Assembly (NCBI GenBank): GCA_038064535.1
Contig: JBBTSX010000009.1
Span: 1,603 to 65,602, forward strand
DNA length: 64,000 nucleotides
Direction of reading: 5' to 3'
From: Patescibacteria group bacterium
GTDB taxonomy: Bacteria; Patescibacteriota; Minisyncoccia; Phycocordibacterales; UBA2100
The stretch's first letter is position 1. Each line of letters starts with the position of its first letter. Under the pieces are notes generated by a model, which saw nothing but the letters and a program-made list of their open reading frames with translations, had not been told where the DNA came from and did no database searches. A program made the translations under genes and the position numbers. Positions 35,557 to 45,451 of the stretch are shown here, in pieces.

Positions 35557-35599
35557 TGTTTGCCACCTCGTCTTCGCAGGCACAGTGTGGCCGGATGCA

Positions 35600-36265
35600 T
35601 CATTTCGCATGAGAAAGCTTCTCAATTTGCTCTAGCCATTTCAGCGCGAGCGTTTTTTGCTGGCTATCCGGCTTTGCCTCGATTGCTTTCCGCAGGGTGT
35701 TCTCAAATCTCCTCTGGAGCGGACCCGAGAGCCATCTCACGTCGTCGATATATGCTATCGTGCCGTCTTCTTTTTTAACAAAATTTTCCCCCATTTTATC
35801 CGTGTAAATTCCAACCCGTCTGAGCGTTTTCGCAAGTTTGCGCGCTTCTCGTGCATCGCCAAAAAACCTGAACGCTACGGAAATCGGTTTTCCATCGATT
35901 CGCTGATCCGAGACGGTAAAGGGTTCTGATGTTAACTTGTATCGATTGGGTATATTGTCCGGGAACAGAAAGTGCAGAATCTTTATCACGAAAAATTGCA
36001 TTTTCTGCGAAAGTTCGGTTGGATTTTCCACTACTCCTTCGAGTGCCCGGGGAAGCGGTTCAGGGAACGGCCGGTATACTTTTCTTACCCGTGACGTTTC
36101 GTGACCGGGTTCTTCATACACATCTTTTTGTATCCCAGTGCTGAGAGGCTTTTGTTCAGAGCGCATTCTTTCAACCTTTTGCTCGAACGGAGTTTTTTCT
36201 TTAGGCGGTTCATTCCGAACGGGCGGTTTCTCAAATGTCTTACCAAAGCGTCTGCTTTCTCTCAT
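35600..36265 (-). CDS. Hypothetical protein, possibly kinase-like fold
   Basis: 221-aa ORF with VRKVY, IYTDKMGENF and YIDD; only a weak resemblance to kinase motifs. Confidence 0.65.
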   Translation of the reverse strand: MRESRRFGKTFEKPPVRNEPPKEKTPFEQKVERMRSEQKPLSTGIQKDVYEEPGHETSRVRKVYRPFPEPLPRALEGVVENPTELSQKMQFFVIKILHFLFPDNIPNRYKLTSEPFTVSDQRIDGKPISVAFRFFGDAREARKLAKTLRRVGIYTDKMGENFVKKEDGTIAYIDDVRWLSGPLQRRFENTLRKAIEAKPDSQQKTLALKWLEQIEKLSHAK

Positions 36266-36317
36266 ACGTGTCTTATTATCGCACGCGTATGCGCCCGTAG
36301 TGTGAAGCGGGCAATCC

Positions 36318-37265
36318 CTATAAGGCCAAGCCGTTGAGCCCTAAGTCACGATAATCCCGCTCAGCGTCGTGGATGAATTCATCCACCCGTGTCCGGACAC
36401 TTGCCTCCAGCTCTCTCAACCGTAAGTCGTCAAGGACGCTCTTCGGGTGGTCTGCCGTCGATTCCGGATTGGGTCGCCCACTCAAGAAAGTAAATTCAAA
36501 AGCGGGAATTTCAGGTCGCGATTGACCCGCGGTAATGATGACGGCAATACGGGGGTCTTTCTCGATACTCTGTATCAGTCTTTCCATTCGCTCGCGAAGT
36601 CGCTCTCCCATCGCCTTTGCTTTCGATAGCCGCAATTGCGGCAGGTACTCCTTGATCATTATGCGTAAATCGTCGAGCACGCTTTTTGGCGAATGGTAGG
36701 TTGATCCGGGATTCGGCCTGCCGTTCAAGTGTTCAGATTCAAATGCGGGGATTCCCGGCTGGAACTGCCCCGCGCGGATTACGACCGTGTTCATGAGATT
36801 CACGAGCCGGTCCGCATCCATGAGCGCCATTTGGACAGTGCTCTGGTCTTCCTGATTGAGCTCGTCATGACGGCACGCTGCGGCGTACATTTCGCTGAGC
36901 TCTCCGCTCGAGAAATAGCCTGGCGGAATGTACTTCAGATTCTGCATTATTTCTTCTCCAACTTCGTGCGGACCCTCGGAGACTTTCGCGATTGCAGCGT
37001 ACCGGTCGGTAGAATGCAGCATGCCCGCGCACCACGCCTTCTCCGCGGTGCGCTCGTCGGGGGCGATGTGCGCGGCAAGCTGGGCGACGGTTACATCGTG
37101 GTCCAATCCGTGCCCCCGGTGCTGGCGGACGGATTCGCGGTGGTCGCTGGCAATTGCGTCGTAGAAAGAACGGAATCGCTCGCGATATGCATCGAAACTG
37201 CGTATGCCGGCTTCTTCTCTCAAGGCGTGTGTTTTGTTCGTGCGGTCGGGAACGGCTTCATTCAT
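36318..37265 (-). CDS. HD-superfamily-like protein with a duplicated C-terminal motif
   Basis: HGLDH...MLHSTD...HDE...MDADRL metal-ligand pattern; start moved to the ATG at 37265. Confidence 0.7.
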   Translation of the reverse strand: MNEAVPDRTNKTHALREEAGIRSFDAYRERFRSFYDAIASDHRESVRQHRGHGLDHDVTVAQLAAHIAPDERTAEKAWCAGMLHSTDRYAAIAKVSEGPHEVGEEIMQNLKYIPPGYFSSGELSEMYAAACRHDELNQEDQSTVQMALMDADRLVNLMNTVVIRAGQFQPGIPAFESEHLNGRPNPGSTYHSPKSVLDDLRIMIKEYLPQLRLSKAKAMGERLRERMERLIQSIEKDPRIAVIITAGQSRPEIPAFEFTFLSGRPNPESTADHPKSVLDDLRLRELEASVRTRVDEFIHDAERDYRDLGLNGLAL

Positions 37266-37370
37266 ATGGAGAAGTATTTCACATCCTCGCTCACGGAACA
37301 ATCGTTTATCGCAGGAGCAGTGCGGAGTCGGTGATTTGGAATATTTCGTCCGAAATGTAATACTGCTCGC

Positions 37371-38378
37371 ATGGCAAGTCCGAGAATAATAATAACAGGG
37401 GGGCTCGGGTTCATTTTCTCCCACGTCACCGAGCATTTTGTTAAGAAAGGGTGGGAAGTCGTGGTTATCGACAATCTTTCGGAAGGTTCTCATCCGGAAA
37501 TAATCGACGGATCTTTTAAACACCACGATGTCCACATGGCAGAACCGGATGTGGTAGGCCTCATCGTTAAAGAAAAGCCCGATTACATCATCCATGCCGC
37601 GGCCATAACCGATGTGGACTATTCGGTACGCGAGCCGTACCGCACGCTCAAGAAAAATGCGCTGGGGACATTTCATGCATTCGAGGCATGTCGTCAACTT
37701 CCTCACCTCAAGAAATTCATGTATGTCTCGACCGACGAAGTGTACGGCGAGTGCGAACATCCCATGCACGAAGATGAGATTATCTTACCGCGCAATCCGT
37801 ACTCGGCCTCCAAGGCGATAGGCTCGCTCCTACGGGTCACGTATGATAATACGTACCCGAATTTGACCGGTAAGACGGTGGAGACGCGTTTCTGCAACGT
37901 GTTCGGTCCTCGGCAAGATAGCCGGAAGATATTGCCGAAAATAAAACAAAGTTTGCAGGAAGGACTTTCGATACCCCTCCACAATGAGGGTAGCGGGTAT
38001 CGCGAGTATATATATGTCAAAGATATTCCTCCTGCGGTCGAGCTTATTTTGGAAAAGGGAGACGGCACATACAATGTCACGCTCAGTGACGGTTTTACGG
38101 TCGCGCAGTTGATAGAAAAAGCAAAAGAGGTCGCGGGCAAGGATATTCCGACGCACACGTCACATCGAGCGGGTATGGACATAAAATATCAGATGGACAG
38201 TACTCGTATCCGCGAGCTCGGGTGGAAGCCCCTGTATACGTTTGAAGAGAGTCTCAGAGAATATTTGCTCGGCGAACACGTGGTGCCGCAAGCTATTTCC
38301 CGAGGAACCCGAACGCTTACCCCATGGAAGCGTTTGTGGAATTTGATTCCGATTAAGCGTATACTGGGACCGCGATAA
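37371..38378 (+). CDS. dTDP-glucose 4,6-dehydratase-like SDR
   Basis: TGGLGFI, HAAAITDVDYS, STDEVYG, PYSASKA, NVFGPRQ. Confidence 0.88.
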   Translation: MASPRIIITGGLGFIFSHVTEHFVKKGWEVVVIDNLSEGSHPEIIDGSFKHHDVHMAEPDVVGLIVKEKPDYIIHAAAITDVDYSVREPYRTLKKNALGTFHAFEACRQLPHLKKFMYVSTDEVYGECEHPMHEDEIILPRNPYSASKAIGSLLRVTYDNTYPNLTGKTVETRFCNVFGPRQDSRKILPKIKQSLQEGLSIPLHNEGSGYREYIYVKDIPPAVELILEKGDGTYNVTLSDGFTVAQLIEKAKEVAGKDIPTHTSHRAGMDIKYQMDSTRIRELGWKPLYTFEESLREYLLGEHVVPQAISRGTRTLTPWKRLWNLIPIKRILGPR

Positions 38379-38431
38379 GATGTGGGATTGAAAGAATATT
38401 TAACCGGGCAATAACTCATGACACAATGCAT

Positions 38432-38998
38432 ATGAATATTGAGCCGACATCAATACGCGACGTCTATATCATAACCACGCATGCGCACGAAGATGAGCGC
38501 GGGTTTTTGATGGAAACCTATCGTCAGGATATTTTTGCAAAGGCCGGCATCACCGACGTTTTCGTACAGGACAATCATGTAAAGTCTCACGTACGCAATA
38601 CTGTGCGCGGGTTGCATTTTCAATGGAATTCACCTGCGGCAAAACTCATGCGTGTAAGCAGAGGGAGTGCGTTTCTCGTCGCCGTTGATATTCGTAAGAA
38701 TTCTCCGACCTTAGGGCAGTGGGTGGGCATTGAGGCGAGCGCCGAGAATAAGAAGCAACTCTATGCACCAGCTGGCTGCGCGCGCGCCTACCAAACCTTG
38801 ACTCAGGACTGCGAAGTGCAGTATAAGGCCTCGGCGCTCTACAACCCCGAAGGCCAGGGCGAGATCGCCTGGAACGATCCGAAGATAGCAATCGACTGGC
38901 CCATCAAAGAAACGCCCCTTCTCTCGGCTAGTAGCAAGAATACGGGTTCTCTGCAAGATTGGCTCAAGAGCCCCTTCTCCGAATCCATCGTATATTAG
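38432..38998 (+). CDS. rmlC: dTDP-4-dehydrorhamnose 3,5-epimerase
   Basis: DERGFLME, VQDNH, RGLHFQ, VAVDIRKNSPT, WNDPKIAIDWP. Confidence 0.9.
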   Translation: MNIEPTSIRDVYIITTHAHEDERGFLMETYRQDIFAKAGITDVFVQDNHVKSHVRNTVRGLHFQWNSPAAKLMRVSRGSAFLVAVDIRKNSPTLGQWVGIEASAENKKQLYAPAGCARAYQTLTQDCEVQYKASALYNPEGQGEIAWNDPKIAIDWPIKETPLLSASSKNTGSLQDWLKSPFSESIVY

Positions 38999-39039
38999 TG
39001 TTTCTTGCAAGGGATGTTTTCTATAGTAAGATACCTCGA

Positions 39040-40302
39040 ATGAGCAAAATCAACCATGATGCGAAGCTCGGTAGATTGAGCCATTGTCAGATTACAGGCT
39101 CCCGAAATCTCTTTGAGGCTATCGATCTTGGCCATCAGCCACCTCCCAGCGCGTTGCTGACCGATGCGACTCTCCGTGAGCCGGAAACACACTACCCTTT
39201 GCGACTGATGATTTGTCCCGAATCAGGCCTCGGGCAACTCGACTATGTTGTAGATGGAAAAATTCTCTTTCCCACCGAATATACGTATAGGCCCGGTGTT
39301 ACACCTCCGCTCAGAGATCACCTGAAGGCGCTCTCTAACGAGATTGTTACAAATCTCAACATATCGGCTAAGTCGCTGTGTGTTGATATTGGATCAAACG
39401 ATGGAACCCTACCATCGTTCTTTAAGGCAAATGGTATGCGCGTTTTGGGCGTAGAGCCGACCAACATGGCGAAAGTTGCCTCGAAAGAACTTGGGATTAA
39501 AACCATACAGAAATTTTTTACGGAAGTGGTTGCTAAGGACATCGTAAAAAAACACGGTAGGGCAAAAGTGGTGACTTTTACCAATGTCTTCGCACACATG
39601 GCTACTTTGGGAGAAGTAATGCGAGGAGTCAGTCGTCTTTTAGACAAGGGTGGTGCCGTCGTTACCGAGAGTCAGTATCTTCTTGATATTTTTGAGCGTT
39701 ATCAGTTCGACCAGATATATCACGATCATGTTCGTATCTACAGCTTAAAATCGTTGGTCAAGCTTTTTCCGTATTATGGCATGGAAGTTTTTGATGCGAA
39801 GAGAACGACAACGCGTGAGGGCAGTATTCGGGTCTATGCCGGATGGAAAGGACAACACCCGATTAGTCCTGAAGTTAAAAGACTGGTCCAAGCAGAAGAA
39901 GGTGTAGGCTTGTTCAAGCCTGCAGCGTGGGCGAAGTTTCGGGCAGGAGTACAAAAAAGCAGAGATGAAGTATTTGATTTGGCCTGTAAAGCAAAAAAAG
40001 AAGGCCTTCGATTTGTAGCTGATTCAAGCCCGACGAGGGGTGTGGTTCTCGTAAATTATTATGGGTTGGATAAAAGACTTTTACCGTATAACGCCGATTT
40101 ACCAGGGACTCATAAGGTCGGTAAATACATGCCTGGAACGCATACTCCAATAGTAAGCAACGAAATTCTCCTCAAAGAGAAACCCGAGTATATACTGATT
40201 CTGGCTTGGCATTATGCTGATTTTATTATTAAGAATTGGCATGCAAAGGGACTCAAATCCAAATTCATTATTCCGCTCCCGGAGTTTAAAATTATTGAGT
40301 AA
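39040..40302 (+). CDS. NDP-sugar C-methyltransferase
   Basis: IDLGHQP, DIGSNDG, NVFAH, FDQIYHDH, GKYMPGTH, ILILAWHY. Confidence 0.88.
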   Translation: MSKINHDAKLGRLSHCQITGSRNLFEAIDLGHQPPPSALLTDATLREPETHYPLRLMICPESGLGQLDYVVDGKILFPTEYTYRPGVTPPLRDHLKALSNEIVTNLNISAKSLCVDIGSNDGTLPSFFKANGMRVLGVEPTNMAKVASKELGIKTIQKFFTEVVAKDIVKKHGRAKVVTFTNVFAHMATLGEVMRGVSRLLDKGGAVVTESQYLLDIFERYQFDQIYHDHVRIYSLKSLVKLFPYYGMEVFDAKRTTTREGSIRVYAGWKGQHPISPEVKRLVQAEEGVGLFKPAAWAKFRAGVQKSRDEVFDLACKAKKEGLRFVADSSPTRGVVLVNYYGLDKRLLPYNADLPGTHKVGKYMPGTHTPIVSNEILLKEKPEYILILAWHYADFIIKNWHAKGLKSKFIIPLPEFKIIE

Positions 40303-40334
40303 GGTACAGGTATAGGCCGAAACTATCATACCAG

Positions 40335-41390
40335 ATGAGAAAAATAAGTTTGTTTAAAACATATATCTCACTGCGTTCCATCTGGAATGTTTGTCTTCTC
40401 CTTATCAAATCCAATTACGGAACATATATCGGCGAGGGGCCGGAAGTAAAGGCGTTCGAAAAAGAATTTGCGGAAAAATTCGGATTTGAGAATGTTGCAG
40501 CTGTCAACTCCGGCAGTACAGCGCTTGAATTGGCGTATGAACTTGCGGGCATATGCGAGGGGGATGAAGTTATAGTTCCGGTATTAACGCATCCGGCAAC
40601 GGGCCTTCCCGCAGTCCATAGGAGAGCGAGCGTTGTCTTTGCGGACATAGATCCTGACCTCAATGTTTCAGTAGAAGACGTCAGGAATAAAATTTCACCA
40701 AAGACCAAAGCTCTGGTGTTTGTTCATTTTGGCGGCAATAATAGGGGACTTAAGGAGATTCTCCACATTGCCAAAGAAAAGAACCTGATTTTAATAGAAG
40801 ATGCCGCCCAAGCTGTCGGCTCGGATTTTTGGGGTAAGGCCGATTTCACATGCGTTTCACTGCAAGCTATTAAGGTACTTACTTCAGGTGATGGTGGTTT
40901 CTTGATTTGCAAAGATAAGAATCTGCATGAAAAAGCAAAAAGATTGCGTTGGTTTGGCTATGACAGGGAGCTTAAACAGAAACTTGGAGACACGGACATA
41001 GTTGAAGCGGGCTATAAGTATCATATGAATGATATTACGGCTGCCATAGGCAGAGGTAATCTTAGGACAATAGATAAAATAATTTCTCATCGCAAAAAGC
41101 TTTGTTCTGAATATGCAAAACATGGAGTACAGTCGTCGATATGGTTTGCCCATACACTCTCACCTAAGCGCGATGATCTCATGAAATTCATGCAGGAGAA
41201 CAGGATACACACGGGCGACTACCACTACCGTAATGACAAGTACACTATCTTTGGGGGTAAGAAAAGACTTCCTACGGTGGACAGGCTTGAGAATCAATAT
41301 CTTCTTTTGCCACTGCATCACGGCGTGTCGGTAAAGGATGTCCGAACCATCTGTTCGCTTCTTCGGCAATTTAACGCGTCACAGACATAA
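40335..41390 (+). CDS. DegT/DnrJ/EryC1/StrS family aminotransferase
   Basis: VNSGSTAL, IEDAAQA, SLQAIKVLTSGDGG (PLP lysine), GYKYHMND. Confidence 0.92.
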   Translation: MRKISLFKTYISLRSIWNVCLLLIKSNYGTYIGEGPEVKAFEKEFAEKFGFENVAAVNSGSTALELAYELAGICEGDEVIVPVLTHPATGLPAVHRRASVVFADIDPDLNVSVEDVRNKISPKTKALVFVHFGGNNRGLKEILHIAKEKNLILIEDAAQAVGSDFWGKADFTCVSLQAIKVLTSGDGGFLICKDKNLHEKAKRLRWFGYDRELKQKLGDTDIVEAGYKYHMNDITAAIGRGNLRTIDKIISHRKKLCSEYAKHGVQSSIWFAHTLSPKRDDLMKFMQENRIHTGDYHYRNDKYTIFGGKKRLPTVDRLENQYLLLPLHHGVSVKDVRTICSLLRQFNASQT

Positions 41391-41399
41391 AAAAATGTC

Positions 41400-42200
41400 A
41401 TGAATATAGTAAAGAAGCTGAAGCAATTGAATCAAATGCCGTTCCCGGTAACCATACCGTATTACGTCTCATACGGCTTGCTACAGCAGAAATTCAAGGA
41501 CGGTGTCATGCGCTCCGGCGAAAGCTGGCTCGTATTGCGCAACGATCATCCGCACTATCGGATACCAAACTCCCGGGAGGAATGGCTCAAAGAACTCTCG
41601 CTCAATAAGGACGGGCAGGACAAGTGGCTTCAGGAGCGCGTGAGCTCTTTCGCTGCGTTGCTTAAACGCGAACGCATCAACACCGTATACTCCATCGGCT
41701 CGGGTGGCGGGATTTTCGAGTATTACCTCAAGAAGCATTCGCCGGATATCAAGGTAATCGGAACCGAGTGGAAAGCTGAAGGGGCGGAGCGGCTTCGCAG
41801 GGTCTGCACCGAACTGGACGATGTATGGATGTTCGATGCGCTTGACCCAGAACACTGGAAGAAGGTCGCGAATGACCCGTCGAGCGTCGTGTTTATTTAC
41901 CGCAACGAGCGAGAGTTCTCTGATAAACAGTGGAAACAGATATGGGAGAGCATGTACGAGGCCCGCGTCGAGCGCGTGTTTTTAGGGCTTATGTGGACAC
42001 TGACCATACGCGCATTGGTACAGCTGGGAGTGCGGAATCTGCTGAAAAGGCTCCGCGGAGAACGGCTGACCCTTACCGGATATCTGCGTAGCCTCGAGGG
42101 GCTGCGGCGCTTCTCTAGAGGGAAATACAGCGAAAAGGAATCCATCTATTTTCCGACCTGTACAGGGCTCTATTTTACGCGATATACTGCACGCACATGA
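41400..42200 (+). CDS. Hypothetical protein, methyltransferase-like
   Basis: SIGSGGG motif-I-like segment; glycan cluster context. Confidence 0.65.
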   Translation: MNIVKKLKQLNQMPFPVTIPYYVSYGLLQQKFKDGVMRSGESWLVLRNDHPHYRIPNSREEWLKELSLNKDGQDKWLQERVSSFAALLKRERINTVYSIGSGGGIFEYYLKKHSPDIKVIGTEWKAEGAERLRRVCTELDDVWMFDALDPEHWKKVANDPSSVVFIYRNEREFSDKQWKQIWESMYEARVERVFLGLMWTLTIRALVQLGVRNLLKRLRGERLTLTGYLRSLEGLRRFSRGKYSEKESIYFPTCTGLYFTRYTART

Positions 42201-43033
42201 AGAAACTAGCCGTGGTCGCTAGCGGTTGGCATTTCCCGATAGCGTTTTTCGAGCAGATGAAGGGTCAGAAAGTGCCGGAAGGTTGGCAGGTTGATATGTA
42301 TTGTGTCTCTCATCGCGACCCCTCTCATGCGCGTACGGAAAAAAAGGAGATGCTCGCCGGATTGGGGTTCACCAGACGGGAACTGTATGACCGGATTTTG
42401 TACAGGTCTGTCGCATCGGTTGCGGACATAGAGGCGCTGGGCTGGCGGTATGTGCTGGAGCCAAATTCCGTCGGTGACTGGGGGAACAGTAATCAGTGGC
42501 TGGCGAAGAATGATTACAAACAATACGACAAATTTTTGTTCACGCACGACGACAATTTTATTTTGACCGATCAAATGTTTGAAGATTTGCTGCCCCAAAC
42601 TGATTGGCTCATAGCTACCAATTCAACCGGACATGCGCAGAGGCGCTTGCGGCAGTGGCTTCGCTTGCCAAAACCGTTCTTCGCCCGCGGTTCATTCGAA
42701 CTCTTTACTCGTGAAGCAATGGATATAATTGGAGGTAGTTTTGATTTGTCTAGAAAGACACTAACTCGTGAAGGGAAATTTGATTCACCCGCCGATTTTG
42801 GAGAACTCTCGAATTGGAATGAGAACGATAAAGCCGTTAGAGAGTTAGTCGAGAAAAGAGGTCTTCTTCCTAAGATTAAATCTCTCTCCCCATATTATCG
42901 GATGAGCAAATACTGCCTTGAGGGTGAGCGCGGTTATATCCACAAAACCGAGCGGTCCAACACAAGAGAAGAAGAAAAGGGCCTTGACGCCGTAGAGCGC
43001 CACTACGCGTCGAAGAAAGTAACTGAAGTATAA
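42197..43033 (+). CDS. Hypothetical protein, possible GT-A fold
   Basis: FLFTHDDN acidic motif; ATGA coupling to the upstream gene. Confidence 0.6.
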   Translation: MKKLAVVASGWHFPIAFFEQMKGQKVPEGWQVDMYCVSHRDPSHARTEKKEMLAGLGFTRRELYDRILYRSVASVADIEALGWRYVLEPNSVGDWGNSNQWLAKNDYKQYDKFLFTHDDNFILTDQMFEDLLPQTDWLIATNSTGHAQRRLRQWLRLPKPFFARGSFELFTREAMDIIGGSFDLSRKTLTREGKFDSPADFGELSNWNENDKAVRELVEKRGLLPKIKSLSPYYRMSKYCLEGERGYIHKTERSNTREEEKGLDAVERHYASKKVTEV

Positions 43034-43111
43034 AAGAGCCACGCTCTCTCGCCGGCTTGGCGTATTCCCTTGCCATTGGGGAATCACTGCGCTTTACGGT
43101 ACTATACACGG

Positions 43112-43732
43112 GTGAAAAGACCGTGGGACACTTTTTCCGAGGAAAAGATGAGGCGGATATTCTCCGAGAAGCGCCGCGTTATAGACATTGGCGGCGGGCT
43201 GCGCGTTGATCCGGGAAAGAATAACCGGTTCAACGAAGGTCAGGCGGCGTGGTTACGGCCCCTCATCAAACAGGTGGAGTATCTGATACTCGACAAGGTA
43301 CCGGATTTCCACCCGGACATAGTAGGAGACGTGCATGACCTGCCGTTTGCCGACGCGTCGGAGGAGGCCATCCTCTGCATAGCGGTGCTTGAGCATGTAG
43401 AGAACCCGATGCGCGCGATGGATGAGATTTACCGGACGTTGCAACCGGGCGGCTTTGCGTTTATCTACGTTCCGTTTCTCTATTACTATCACGCGCACCA
43501 CGGCTATTACGGCGATTTCTGGCGCTTCACCAAAGACACGCTCGAATTGTTCGGCAAACGTTTTTCAACGTGTGAAATTATGCCTGTACGCGGCGCCATC
43601 GAGACGTGGATACGGCTCAGTCCGCTGGGTCGCCGGAAGCTTTTCTGCGATATCGGGTATATACTGGACCGCGTTACCGGCAAGATACACAGCAATCAAA
43701 CAAGCGGATACCATGTTTTCCTCGTCAAGTAG
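43112..43732 (+). CDS. Class I SAM-dependent methyltransferase
   Basis: IDIGGG, GDVHDLPF, AVLEH, DFWRFT; GTG start 6 nt after TACTAT. Confidence 0.88.
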   Translation: MKRPWDTFSEEKMRRIFSEKRRVIDIGGGLRVDPGKNNRFNEGQAAWLRPLIKQVEYLILDKVPDFHPDIVGDVHDLPFADASEEAILCIAVLEHVENPMRAMDEIYRTLQPGGFAFIYVPFLYYYHAHHGYYGDFWRFTKDTLELFGKRFSTCEIMPVRGAIETWIRLSPLGRRKLFCDIGYILDRVTGKIHSNQTSGYHVFLVK

Positions 43733-43769
43733 CCCGTCAGTCACGTTCATACTGTCGACATATTGAGGT

Positions 43770-44336
43770 ATGGTTGATCCGGAAAAAATTGCACATATGC
43801 CGCCACGCGTATATACAGAAGACCCCGAGTTTACAATGTCACCGGAGCATCTCCCCGATGACGTGTATGCGCAGGCCATTTCGTCGCTCGTCGTTGTGTG
43901 TGCCGATGTTCTGTTTGCCGATCGTGCAAGGAAAACGGTTTTCCTGGCGCACAGAAAAGTAAAACCCATGATAGGGCTGTGGCTTATCGGCGGTAGGATA
44001 CGGGCGGGAGAGCAGGCAGATGCCGGTATGGCGAGGATTGTACAACGGGAAACATCGCTCACACTTCCCGCCGGACGATTCGAATTTCTGGCGATGCACC
44101 GGTACTTTTTTAAAGACAGGAAACAGCAACCGCAGGAGAAGGGCACAGACGCTCTCGTGTATACATTTCTCGCGGAGGTTACACCGGATGAATTACGCAT
44201 TGCCGCGGCGCATCTCGACCCCGGCGAGTATGAGACCGCGGGTTTTGAAGAATGTAATCGCGATGCACTTGTCGCAGCGGAAGTGCACCCGGCAATCCTT
44301 GACCTGTACGATTCCGCTTTTCCCGAACGCGCATGA
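43770..44336 (+). CDS. NUDIX hydrolase (GDP-mannose mannosyl hydrolase-like)
   Basis: WLIGGRIRAGE...ARIVQRETS Nudix box. Confidence 0.8.
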   Translation: MVDPEKIAHMPPRVYTEDPEFTMSPEHLPDDVYAQAISSLVVVCADVLFADRARKTVFLAHRKVKPMIGLWLIGGRIRAGEQADAGMARIVQRETSLTLPAGRFEFLAMHRYFFKDRKQQPQEKGTDALVYTFLAEVTPDELRIAAAHLDPGEYETAGFEECNRDALVAAEVHPAILDLYDSAFPERA

Positions 44337-45451
44337 ATATTATTTACATAAGCAACGCCAGGATACCGACCGAATGGGCCCACGGTCTCCAAATCATGAA
44401 AACGTGCGAGGCGCTGGCGTTGTCCGGTGCCCGTCTTGAGTTGTGGATTCCGGACAAAAAGATGGATATCCATGAGGACCCGTTTGCATACTACGGTGTC
44501 AAAAAAGCCTTCCCTATAAAACGGTTCTTCACGTTCGACCTGATATGGCTCGGGAAAATAGGCTTCATCATTCAAAGCGTGTCGTTTGCCCTCGCAGTAC
44601 TTCCGTCGCTTAGGCGCACAAAACGCGACACCATTTATTGTCGTGATGAAATAATTGTCGCACTGCTTCTTTTCTTCGGTGTTCGGGACATTGTCTGGGA
44701 GTCACACGACGGGTCGTGGGGGGTGTTTGCACGATATGCCGCGCAAAACGCACGCCGGATGGTCGTCGTGACACAGGGGCTAAAAGATTTCTATTGCGAA
44801 CGCGGCATGGTAGCCGGGGACATATACGTTATCCCGAACGGCATTGACTTGAAGTCATTTGAACATCCCGAATCCGGCGAGAAGGCACGTGCCCGCCTGG
44901 GGCTCCCGCTCGGAAAAAAAATTGCATTGTATATAGGAATGCTCGAGGGCTGGAAGGGTACCGGCACATTGCTGAAGGCTTCGTCATTTGTTTCGAGTGA
45001 CACCGTGATAGTGATAATCGGCGGAGAAAGCGAACAGCAGGTGGCACGTTTGGCGGATGAGTATCCGCGCGTACGTTTTCTCGGCTTCCGGCCCGTGCGG
45101 GAGCTGGCGGACAACCAAGCAGCCGCTGACGTGCTCATTTTACCGAATACCGGTGTCGGCGATATTTCAGTCCGATTCACGTCGCCGCTTAAGCTCCTTT
45201 CGTATATGGCGTCGGGGAGGCCGGTTATTGCGTCCGACCTGCCGTCCATACGGGAAGTTGTCGGTGAAAAAGACGCTTTTCTCGTACCGCCGGATAATCC
45301 GGACGCTTTGGCGAAAATGATTGATACGGTACTCGAGAACCCCCATGATGCGCAGATGCGTGCGCAGGCGGCACGCGAGCGGGTGCAAGAATACACGTGG
45401 GAAAAGAGGGCGCAAAGAATTCTTGATGCTCTGGAAGAGAAAACGGTATGA
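44333..45451 (+). CDS. Glycosyltransferase family 4
   Basis: IPNGID, FTSPLKLLSYMASGRPVIASD, YTWEKRA. Confidence 0.92.
   Translation: MNIIYISNARIPTEWAHGLQIMKTCEALALSGARLELWIPDKKMDIHEDPFAYYGVKKAFPIKRFFTFDLIWLGKIGFIIQSVSFALAVLPSLRRTKRDTIYCRDEIIVALLLFFGVRDIVWESHDGSWGVFARYAAQNARRMVVVTQGLKDFYCERGMVAGDIYVIPNGIDLKSFEHPESGEKARARLGLPLGKKIALYIGMLEGWKGTGTLLKASSFVSSDTVIVIIGGESEQQVARLADEYPRVRFLGFRPVRELADNQAAADVLILPNTGVGDISVRFTSPLKLLSYMASGRPVIASDLPSIREVVGEKDAFLVPPDNPDALAKMIDTVLENPHDAQMRAQAARERVQEYTWEKRAQRILDALEEKTV

Noticed and set aside
37266-37769. Long N-terminal extension of the 483-aa ORF
   Set aside because: It is antisense to the dehydratase gene and its promoter; the ATG at 37265 is more plausible.
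43565-44575. 336-aa minus-strand ORF, and similar long shadow ORFs such as 27539-28525 and 51597-52415
   Set aside because: They lie antisense to well-supported genes and have no recognisable motifs, as expected in GC-rich coding DNA.
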